From Azolla caroliniana (Eukaryota > Plantae > Polypodiophyta): a DNA stretch of 64,000 nucleotides. The translations under genes and the position numbers were made by a program. The notes under the pieces are model-generated. The model saw only the letters and a list, made by a program, of their open reading frames with translations, made no database searches and was not told where the DNA came from. Numbering within the stretch: the stretch's first letter is position 1; each line of letters starts with the position of its first letter. Location of the stretch: the NCBI GenBank assembly GCA_043228905.1, contig JBHGNT010000011.1:19158001-19222000 (forward strand), written 5' to 3'. Shown piece by piece: positions 37,098 through 48,320 of the stretch.

Positions 37098-38629
37098 CAA
37101 ATGATAAAAAATCTGACAAAAAGAATAAATAACATGAAGGATATGCTATAATAATAATTTTGATGATTGAGGCCTAGTTATTTAACAACTAAATTCTAGC
37201 TCATATATATTGTCATTAGTTTAACTATATATAGCTTCTTTGATTGGATGGACGTTTTTCCAATTATTTCAAGTGGCGGTGGTCATGAAAATAGCGCTTG
37301 ACTGATTAGAAAAGTAAAATTCATCAAAACATTTATTTCCCATACCGTAATTTAGAATGATTTTATTGGTAATGGGCTCAAATTTCAATTTGTCCTTACA
37401 TTTCAAGATGTTTTGTCTATGTTTCTTGAGGATATGGCTTCCACACACTAATGTGGATATGGCCTCTAAACAAAAGTGAGAGACCAAGTTAGCTCTGAAT
37501 AAATAAGAATAATACGTGCAAAATTCATCATGACAATGATGTCATATTCAAACAGTTAATCGGTGAACCATGACAACTAGTCACCGACCATAAGAAATGT
37601 GACAATAATGATTAAATGCCACTTTGCTTTCCAATGTAGTCGAAGAAAAGACAATGTATATCATTTTTTGTAAAATGTGTAAAGATTTGGGCAAGCATCC
37701 AATGGCCCTTACCGTATACAATAAGCAAACATGTTAAGTAAGGAAATAAAACAAGACTTGTTCTTTTCAAAACACAATAAAGAAACCGAAGGAATATTTA
37801 TTCTTAAAGGAGATAATCTGCACATGTTCACCCATTGTAGTGAGCCTAGATTACGATCACAAGCCATCCTTTTATCCTTGAAGATTGCTGAATATAGTCA
37901 CATAGGTTGTTTGTCTCTCTTTATGGTAAAGAACTTCATGGAATTAGAATATGTAGATGCGAGAATGATCGTATCCATTGACATAAACTTTGACCATTAA
38001 ATGCAATAAGACAAATACTCAAAAGATACAATAGTTTTGAAGACATGGAATGGAGCACATGTAAACATGTCATTCAGTAATACACATATTCATTGTCAAT
38101 AATCACATTTTCAAGAAGGGTATAGGCACTAGTCATAGCCTGCATACCTTTCCATCGTACAACTCCACCAAGGAGATATTGAAATAAACAAAGGATATAG
38201 ATATGGAAGCACAAACATTACGTTTCCATGCAAAACCAAAGCTTCCAAATGTGATAAGACAATCAAAACACCCATTAAATAGAAACACATAACATACTTT
38301 TATTTGATCGCAAAATAACCTATATTGTATACGTTTACTCAAGATGGATGTTGAAACTTGAAATGCATGACATAAATCACTAAAAGTTGTGAAAAGTAAA
38401 ACTTTTCCAGTTGTCAGCTACATAAAATGATGTTTATACTCAACTAATTATATAAAATAAAATAAAAATCCAAATATGTTAGTTTGATTTTACAAATTTC
38501 GGCCAAAATAATATTTGTTGGTCATGTAATGTGAATGTGAGTAGCGACTCTCCATATTCAAGAACTTTACCAATGAATGTTGCAATCAAGAGTGCACATT
38601 GTGGTTGAGAGAGAGAGAGAGGTGAGGAA

Positions 38630-38696
38630 GTTCGGTTTCGAACCCACAACGCAGTGCTTGTAGTGCTAACAACTTACCACTAACGTAAGGTAATTA
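38630..38696 (-). mobile_element. tRNA-derived SINE-like head between two (GA)n tracts
   Basis: Reverse complement AATTACCTTACGTTAGTGGTAAGTTGTTAGCACTACAAG...GGGTTCGAAACC; same family as 30774-31100. Confidence 0.6.
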
Positions 38697-38706
38697 CAAT
38701 AATAAT

Positions 38707-38741
<35 letters not shown>

Positions 38742-39984
38742 CAATTTAATCGTTTGTTTTGTTTGGGGGTCAAATAGGTAGGAGATATAGTTGAGGGTCA
38801 AAGTTTTTTGGAGTTTGTTGAAGCACGACAATTATTACGCATCCCGCCTAAATATGGTCGTTAAGTGTTTACAAAGGGGTGTAGAATTTGAATCTTGCAA
38901 ATGCATTTAATGTTGGAATAGGCGCCTCTTTTCCTCTATAAAAAAGGGGAGAAGAGGGCTTATTTCGGGAGGACCATTAGGGTTTTGGTTTTACGGGTTT
39001 ACCTTCACTCTCTCTTCTTTTGTGAGAGGGTTGCCATTTTGGTTGTTTGAGGGGGAACATTAGGTTTTGTTTCTTCTTCTTCTTTTGAATCTTCTTCATT
39101 TCTAGGAATTCTGGTCGCCCATATTTTGGAGGTTGTGAGGGCATCGTTAGGATTTTGGTTTTAGGGTTTCATCTTCATCTTCTCTTCTCCTCAACATACT
39201 CAAGGACTTAGGGTTTGGGGGTTTGGCTTCTTCTTCCCCCTTTATTGTCTTAATCAATTAGTTTAGGGTTTCTTCTTCTTGTGAGCATCCAAGGTTTATT
39301 TTTTCGTGTGAGTTTTGCTTCTATTCTTCTTCATACTTGAGAGTTAGGGTTTGGTTTTTGCGTTTTTTTTCGATGGGTTCATCTACTTGGAGGTTTGGTC
39401 GTCTTCTCTATGATGGAGAATGCTACACGTGTTGTAGGATTTGGGATAAGGATGACCTAACTTGCACATCGGTTGTGGAAGGGAGGTCGCAGTGGCATGA
39501 GAGTTACTCTGATTCGAGGCAACATAGATGTCAGAGGTAGTTGGGCTTGGAGGCACCGATCTGATTCTTTTAGCTGTCCTTTCATTTGTGCTCGTATTGG
39601 GTGATCATTTTGTACAAACCATCGAAATCAAGTTATTTAGCCTATCCCTTGTATAAACCCTAAATTTGTAACATAATTCTTGCATATTTTTGTCTACATT
39701 TTCCCCTAATCTCGCATGTACTCTCCTTAATGGCTTGTTAATCGTCATATGGATCATTACACTAATCACATCTCTAAACCCTAAACCTGTCCGACGAGCA
39801 AAAGCTCGACATTCAAAGTAGCAACACTCGACGAGCGCCAAAGCTCATACAACTACATCAAGTTGTTAGCTTTCTCTCTTCTTCCAGGCTCCCTAGTCTA
39901 GGACCCCTGTGGTTTTGCCCGAGTAGCATGCAAGCGTAAAACTTTGCGACAACGGAATCAGACGCCAGTTTTACAAGTGACTAC

Positions 39985-40330
39985 TAATCTTTTGTATCAT
40001 TGCTCCGTTGAATCTCTTAGATGGTTATCATCTAGGGCTAAAGAAGAATGGAAAATACACAAATCTAATCATGAGTGGTGGCAAATCGTAAAACGTAGTT
40101 GGCATTCTAAATTGCCACTTATAGCAAAGGTCCTCATTTGGAGAGTTTTGATTGGGGATTGCCTTTGGGAATAGCTTTAAAGCGTCATGGACTAGCAATG
40201 GGCAATTGCTTCTTTTGCATTGTTCAAATGGAAGATAATTCACATCGTTTTATACATGTTCGATTGCTTGTCAGATTTGGAGTTACATTTCTCAAAATTG
40301 GCAAGTTTTATCATGATGTTATTTGACGCC
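39985..40330 (+). mobile_element. LINE ORF2 zf-RVT fragment (frameshifted)
   Basis: WWQIVKRSWHSKLPLIAKVLIWRVL / GLPLG...CFFCIVQMEDNSHRF. Confidence 0.75.
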
Positions 40331-42559
40331 TAGAGGTTTGCATATTTTACACAAGTTGACCCACTTGCTCAAGCTGGTGATTTTTCTGAATCTCAATTCC
40401 CACCAAAAAGCCCAAATATTTAACAACCATTCCATTAGGGACCCATTGAAAATTAGCATTAGGGCACCAAAGCGGTCATGCGTTTGGACTCATCTAGAAC
40501 CCTCTGCTTTTGTTCCAATTAAATTTCCCTCTTGATTCTTTACAAAATAGCTCAATTCGCCTTTTGGCCTATTGTAAATTAGCTTCATTGCCTTGTAGAT
40601 AGAGCATAGTGTCATCTGCATACATTGAGTCCAACAAATCCTTGTAGGCATGTGGCACAACCAATCTCCTTATTCCTGCATCCGGTCTATTTAAAAAGAA
40701 AGAGAATGCCTCTGAAATAAATAAATAAAGGTAGGGGGCTAACGGGCATCCCTGCCTTACAGACCTGCATAGTGGAATTGGTGGGCCCCGGTGCCCTAAC
40801 ACCAACACCCTACTCAAGCTTCCTTTGTAAAGGTCCAACAGAGCTTATCTCCATTTTGAGGGTAGTTCGAACCTCTCCATGACTTTGTCTAAAAAAGGCC
40901 ATTGTACTCTTTCATATGCCTTCTCAAAGTCAAGCATGAGACATGCAATATGTTGATTGGTTTTCTTTGCCAAGGCAATCACCTCCCAAAAGGTCAACAC
41001 ATTATCAATTATACATCTATTTTCCATTAATCTTGTTTGTCCAACATTAATTAGCGCATGCAAGTGGGCTTTGACCCTCTTGGTCAGAATATTAGCAAAA
41101 ATCTTATAGATTGAGTTGAGCAACGTAATCGGTCTCCATTCCCTCACATTAGTTATTATACCATGTACCTTAGGAATTAGAAATATCAGCCCCTCTTTGA
41201 AATGCTCAAGTAAGCACCCAACATTCCATGCCTCATTTAGACCAACAACCAAGTCAACCTTAATCACTTCCCAAAAAATTTCAAAAAATTCTCTTGATAA
41301 TCTGTCGACGCCTGGACAAGATGTTCTACATATACCCGCCAAAGTGTCTAACACCTCCTCTTCCAAGAGTGGCCTTGCTAAATTAACTTGTGCAACCTCT
41401 GAAATTCTTTGTTGCATTCTCTCCAATACAAGTTTTGCCAGTGAAGGGTGTTCAGGGATATTATAACTAGATGAGAGAAGCCCACTATAGTGAGTTGTGA
41501 CCGCCTCCATGATCTCCGATACATCCTCTGACAGTGAATCATCCTCCTTAATAAGCTTAGGACTGAAGCTACTGTTTGTTCTTGGCTTTTTATACTTAAA
41601 AAATTGTTGGTTCACCTTATCCCCATTTGTGCTCCACCACGTTGTTGAACTCCTAAATAACATATTGTTTCTAGACACAATCAACCGTTGTAGTGTTTCT
41701 TTAGCAGCCTCAAGACCCGATCTAGACCAGTGACACTTGGGATTTTTCTGAAGCATTTTTTGGGCAGCCGCTATCGATCTTCTTAATCTCACTTCTCTTT
41801 CCTTAGTCCTCACAATTCTATTTTTAGTCTCTTCATGCAAATACATTGAAGTTTCAATAATTTTTCTTGGAAGTTTATCAAGTGAACCATAACCAGCTGG
41901 ATTACTTTCCCATATACTCCTTATCTTCCTTCCCACCTCCACATCCTCAAAAAGTTTACTGCTGATCCTTAGGTTACAGTCCCTTTTTTGCCTCATCTGA
42001 TTGACCAACGTAATCTTAACCGACATATGATCAGAGTAAGCCGAACCTGCGATGATTTTAACATTGCTTCCATATTTTTCCAGTTCTGAGCTTATGTATA
42101 TTCTGTCTATGGGAGACATACATAAGCCATTTATATTGCAGCCAGCTCTTGAGAAGCTTAGCGAGGTCCGAGGCTTTTTTAGTACATACCACACATCTTT
42201 CACTCCCATTCTGCCCATCAACAAATCCCATGCAACTAACTGTAACCCCTACATCACCGTATGCATGCCCCCCACCTTGTCCTCTATGTACAAAGTCATG
42301 TTAAAATCCCCTACGAGGATCCACGCATCTGTAATCGGCAGGCCATCGGCCAATTGCCTCCAAAAAAAGGCCTACATCCCTGACGAATTGAACACATACA
42401 CACTTATTATTCCAACGATAGATTGCTACCATTTGACCGTCACATAGATGGCATGTCCCTCCACTATGGTGTCTTGGCCCACAACAACAATATCCAGATT
42501 ATGCGTGATAGATGTACAAACACCCCCTTTTCTACCATGCTCACCCTGAGTTGGGGACC

Positions 42560-42955
42560 TGTTGAGCGGCAAGCTCAAACCGGAGCCGGATCGGCTGAAT
42601 AAGCCGGAGCCGGTAAGCGAGACGGATCGGGCGAAACGGATCGGTATGACGGTGAGCAACCGAACCGGCAAGCAGTGGAGGCCGAGTGCAATCCGTAACC
42701 GGAAGTCCAATTGGAAGCCTAGTATAGGATAGACTACTAGGTAGCTATAGTCTCGTAGTAAGTGTCAGATGCTCGTGTGAGCATTGAAGTACATGGTACT
42801 TCTATCAGTCCCAAGAGGACTTGTATAAATAGTGCTACTTAGCACAGTGTGTATACAGAGTCTATATATAATTTTGAAATTGTGTTCTGCTCTCTCTCTC
42901 TCTCTCTCTTTGTGTTGTTCTCTGTTTTACGCTTCCGCAAACACTTACATTTACA
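42560..42955 (+). repeat. Copia 5' LTR
   Basis: TGTTG...TTACA; TATAAAT at ~42824; followed by the tRNA-iMet PBS. Confidence 0.92.
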
Positions 42956-43049
42956 TGGTATCAGAGCGCGAGGGTTGAGAACCTCTGCTGCAGACATTTA
43001 CTCTTGAGAAGAAAACCCTAACAGGTCGAAAACAGACACAGTAGAAGAC

Positions 43050-46000
43050 ATGGATAGAGGCATGGCCACGTCGCCCCCGGTGGAGAAGCTCGACAGGAGC
43101 AACTACGCATCCTGGTCTTACAAGATGCACCAGTACCTGCTTGGACACGGGTACTGGAGTTATGTCGAAGGAGCGAATGATGCGGCGCCCGACTTGGCAC
43201 ACAAGGACTTCCCGGTATGGGAACAGGCGGCGAGTAGGGTGATGTACTGCTTCGCGTCCAGTGTCGGCGATCAGCTGCTCAGCCACATCCGTGACGCCAA
43301 GACACCGAAGGATGCTTGGGGGAACTTGAAAAAGGTTTTCGCTGCAAGCACCACTGCCCGGAAGCTGCAACTCAGACAGGAGTTGAGCAATGTTCGACAG
43401 AAGAACATGTCCGTGGCAGACTACACGGGCCGGATAAAGGAAATCTGCGACTCACTCGCCTCTATCAATGTTACCGTAGAGGAAGACGAGATGGTGCAGG
43501 TATGTCTCGGAGGCCTGGCGTCCAAGTTTGGAGCGTTCCAGACTGCGGTGTGTACAAGGGAGAATACCCCCTCATTCTTCGACTTACAGTCGATGCTCCT
43601 TGTAGAGGAGAACCACGCCGGTGCATCTACCAATGCATCCCCGGACAGCCGAATGCTATACACGGGAACGGATCGGCTCCGTGGGCGTGGTGGAAGAGGT
43701 GGGTCGGCATGCAATGGAGGCGACCGGCAAGAGCAGGAACGGAGGCACTATGAGCGTGCCGACAGCAGTTCCGGGACTTCCACAAGCAGGGGGAGTCAAG
43801 GCGGTGCCGGAGGCCAACAAGACAAATCCGCTACGGAATTCTGGTACTGTGGCAAAAAAGGCCATAGGGAAAGCGAGTGCTGGAGAAAGCGTGCCGATTC
43901 GGACAAATCCGGATCCGGCAAGACCGGTAAGGATGGCCGACAAAACTCGCACTACGCAAACGGATCAGGAGGATCCGGAACCGGAAAGGCCGGTAAGGGG
44001 CCAGCCTTGGTGATGAATCACAAGGCAAACTCAATGAAGAAGACCACTTCCAAAACGGAGGAAGTATGGTATGTTGATTCCGGCGCGTCGAACCACATGA
44101 CGAGCCACAAAGAGTGGTTCTCCTTTCTGGAGAAACCAGATCAACCAGGAGTAGTCGAAACCGGAGACGACACTCCTCACCCAATCGTGCACGTCGGAGA
44201 AGTCCCTCTAAGCCACGTCGGACAGAAAGGGAAGCTGATGAACGTATTACACGTTCCGACAGTTACGAAGAACCTGGTGTCCGTCGGTCAGATTGTCGAC
44301 TAGGGGATGCAGGTGCGGTTTATGCACCTCGGGTGCTTCATTGAGGATGAGGGCGAAGTCATTGCGCAAGGGCGCAGGGACGGGAGGATGTTTATCCTCA
44401 ACACCAATGACTTTGGCACCGCTCTGTTCACGAAACGACAGAAAGTCGAGTCGGACATCGACCTGTGGCACAAGCGAATAGGCCACGTCAACTACCAGAG
44501 GCTTCAAGACCTGCAAATGAAACAAGTCATTTTCGGTTTGCCAAAGTTCAGCGGCCGGAGAGCTGAAATTTGTGAAGCCTACCAACTTGGGAAGCAACAC
44601 CGGCTTCCATTCCCCACTGAACGGAACCAGAGCCGTAACAAGCTCGATCTCATCCATTCGGATGTGTGGGGACCGGCACAAAGTGTAAGCCTTGGCGGGA
44701 GCCGATACTTCGTCTCCTTCATCGATGACTATACTCGACATACTTGGATCTACCTCATTGAGCGGAAGAGCGAAGTCTTCGATTGTTTCCGGAGCCTCCA
44801 GAAGATGGTGGAACGGGAATCAGAGAGGAAGATCAAATGCCTTCGGTCGGATGGCGGAAAGGAATATTTTTCCGGCCAATTCACTAGTTATCTGCAGCAG
44901 AAGGGAATTCGGCGAGAGTTCAGCTGCAGATACACACCGGAGCAAAACGGTGTGGCTGAAAGGAAGAACCGGACACTCGTCGAAGCGGCAAGGGCAATGC
45001 TGGAGGAAAAGAGCATGCCCCAATTCTATTGGGCGGAGGCGGTCCAGACGGCCGTCTACATACAAAACCGCATTGGTGACAAGGTGTCAGCTCATGAGCT
45101 GTATTTCGGGCGCAAGCCGAACTTAAGACACCTTCGGATATTCGGCAGCATAGCGTATGTGCATGTGCCGGATCAAAAGCGGAGAAAGTTGGATGCAAAA
45201 TCGGAAAAATGCATCCTAGTCGGCAATGCTCAAGAGCAAAAGGGGTATAAGTGCTATAACCCCCGGAAGAAGGAAGTCCGAGTTAGCCGGGATGTCGAGT
45301 TCGATGAATCGGCATCCTGGTACTCCGCACCGACTCCGACTTCCGATCCCGACCCAAGGCCGGAAGATCAGGCCAGTGAGCTTGAATCAGCCCTGGCAAA
45401 GGATGATGAAGCTAGGACTCAAGATGAGAGTCCGGAATCGTTACGGTTGAGTGGACCGAACGAGTGACTGAGTCGGTTGGACCAGTCGGATGAAGAGACG
45501 GCAAGTGGTGGAGACTCTGCCGTGCTCTCCCCGCACAAGGAACCGAGGAAACGGTTCACGCGCAAAGAAAAGGGGAAGAGGAAGATGCCGGAATTCGAAA
45601 TCGGCAACGATGAGTCGGATCGATGCATATCCGACTCCGGAAAGGAGAAAGGCGGGTCTTCGGCAACGAAGATCGAACTGGCCAAGAAGGGCCTCAAATC
45701 AGGTGACGGTGCGTTGCGCCGATCAACCCGTCAGAAGGATCCCGTCATGCGGTACGGGTACAATGAATACATGGTGCATCATTATGCGTACATGACTAAA
45801 GTAACAGAAGTGCGTGAGCCAGAGAGCTACGCAGAAGCGGCAAAGGACGCAAATTGGCGTGCCGCTATGGACGAAGAAATGCGGGCACTCGATGCCAACG
45901 CAACTTGGGACCTAGTTGATCCTCCCCGTCACTGTAAACCGATCGGATGCAAGTGGGTGTACAAGGTCAAGTACAACGCCGACGGTTCTGTTAACCGGTA

Positions 46001-48066
46001 CAAAGCCCGGTTAGTGGCGAAGGGATACGCGCAGACCCACGGAATCGACTACGACGAGACCTTCGCTCCTGTGGCGAAGATGACGACAGTTCGTGTGGTA
46101 CTGGCGGTTGCTGCGGCAAGGGGGTGGCATCTTCACCAGATGGATGTGAAGAACGCCTTCCTTCAAGGAGAGCTTGCAGAAGAAGTCTTTATGACTCAGC
46201 CCCCCGGATTTCAATCGGAGATGAACAAGTCGGCGGTATGCCGACTGAAGAAGTCGCTTTACGGCTTGAAGCAAGCCCCCCGAGCTTGGAACGGGAAGAT
46301 CACGCACCGGTTGCGTAAGCTGGGGTTTGTTGTCTCTAAGTCGGACTCTTCGTTGTTCATCCGGCAAGGCTCTGACGGTCCGGTATGTATACTCTTGTAT
46401 GTGGATGATTTAGTCATCACCGGACCGAGTCTTCCCGAAATCACCCGCGTCAAGTTCCAGTTGTCGAACGCATTCGAAATGAAGGACCTGGGGGACCTTC
46501 ATTATTTTCTTGGGATCGAAGTGATCCTCTCACAACGACATTACGTGTTGAATATGTTGTATAAGTTCGGCATGACGGATTGCCGACCTGTCTCCACACC
46601 TCTAGACCGGAACCAGAAGCTTCGTCCCAACTCTGGACCGGCCTGCAATGAGAAACGGTTCCGACAGGTTGTCGGAAGCCTGGTCTACTTAACCATCACC
46701 CGACCCGACATCAGCTATCCGATCGGCATGGTAAGTCAGTTCATGCAAAAGCCGACCGTGGAGCACCTTCAGTGCGCGCAACGCATATTACAGTATGTCA
46801 GCGGCACTAAGGACCGGGGACTGCTATACCTGCGAGGGATACCCAAAGAGCTTGTCGGTTACACAGGTGCTGACTGGGCCGGCGATGCGTCTGATCGCCG
46901 CTCAACTTCCGGATACATGTTCTCCATAGGTAGCGCGGCCGTTGCGTGGAGCAGCAAGAAGCAGCCCACAATGGCTTTGTCAAGTAGTGAGGCTGAGTAC
47001 CGGGCCGCTACCGTTGCCACTTGTGAAGCCATCTGGCTTCGGTGACTGCTACGAGACTTGCGGATCGAGGTACCGACCTCGATCCCGATTTACCGCAATA
47101 ACATGAGCAGCCTGCAGCTCGCCAGGAACCCTGTGTTCCATGCTCGCACAAAGCACATCGAGGTGCACTACCACTTCGTGCGTGAGCGGTGAAGTTGACC
47201 TACGGTATGTTCATACGGATCGGCAAGTTGCCGACATCTTCACCAAGCCGCTCGGATCGTACAAGTTGCAGCACTTTACCGACATGCTTGGTATTCAGCA
47301 TCTCGACGTGCCACACTTGAGGGGGAGAAGCAAGGGCAAGGGCAAGGTCTCTACCGAAACGGGCAAAGGCAAAAAAACTGTTGAACCCGTCGGTAAGAGG
47401 AGAGCCGGAAGAAGAGGAGACAAGAAGATGAAGGAAGCCGAGTCGACGAAGGAAGTCGACACATCCGAACAGGTCGGAGCAAGCGGCTGTGAAGAAGAGT
47501 TGTGCACTCAGGAAGAGAAGTGCATGCTGCGCGGAGGTCATCACGACGGTACTAACCATGATGCGGAGTCGAATGAAGAATTCGATTTCGGTTCACCAAC
47601 TGAAGAAGCCGAGGGAAGCATGGAGAAGGCCAAGACTCGGAAGTGGTTCGATGTGGTGAGACGCCTGAAGCCGGAAGTCGAATCGGAGTGTACCGATTCG
47701 GACAAGAGCTGGAACGAGTCGGAGACAGCTGACTCGGATCAACAGATGGATCCGGATGAGTCGGATCGACTGAAGGCCAAGGGGACACGGACACAGCGGA
47801 AGTCGATGCCATCGTGGGAGAACCGACGGATCGGCAAGCGCCGGAGTCATAGCAACGTGAGTGTTGAGATGGGCCTATTGAGCAGACATGCCGACCGAGA
47901 GGGTCGAGGCGCGCAGAACCAAAGGGGTCGTGGCAAACGGGACCGGACCGGACGAGGAGCGCGAGCAAGGCGGAGTGACGCCAGGAGAAGTCGGTTGGAA
48001 GAACCGACTGCCACAGAGGTCGACACTACGACCCCACCTCAGGTTGAGCTTGAGGGGGAGTGTTGA
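43050..48066 (+). pseudogene. Copia gag-pol polyprotein, disrupted, with C-terminal extension
   Basis: NYASW (gag), WYVDSGASNHM (PR), LWHKRIGH...HSDVWGP...LRSDGGKEY...QNGVAERKNR (INT), KARLVAKG...YVDDL (RT), ADIFTKPL (RH). In-frame stops at 44301, 45465 and 47043; frameshift at ~47185. Confidence 0.95.
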
Positions 48067-48320
48067 GCGGCAAGCTCAAACCGGAGCCGGATCGGCTGAA
48101 TAAGTCGGAGCCGGTGAGCGAGATGGATCGGGCGAAACGGATCGGTATGACGGTGAGCAACCGAACCGGCAAGCAGTGGAGGCCGAGTGCAATCCGTAAC
48201 CGGAAGTCCAATCGGAAGCCTAGTATAGGATAGACTACTAGGTAGCTATAGTCTCGTAGTAAGTGTCAGATGCTCGTGTGAGCATTGAAGTACATGGTAC
48301 TTCTATCAGTCCCAAGAGGA
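48061..48320 (+). repeat. Copia 3' LTR, truncated to 260 bp
   Basis: Matches 42560-42819 with 4 transitions by eye, then switches to LINE sequence. Confidence 0.95.

Larger units (their letters stand above)
42560..48320 (+). mobile_element. Ty1/Copia LTR retrotransposon
   Basis: 5' LTR 42560-~42955; PBS TGGTATCAGAGC 42956-42967; gag-PR-INT-RT-RH order; PPT TGAGGGGGAG 48051-48060; 3' LTR 48061-48320 (truncated). Confidence 0.97.

Noticed and set aside
42951-48211. Many antisense and alternate-frame ORFs in the Copia element
   Set aside because: Shadow ORFs of GC-rich coding sequence with no independent motifs.
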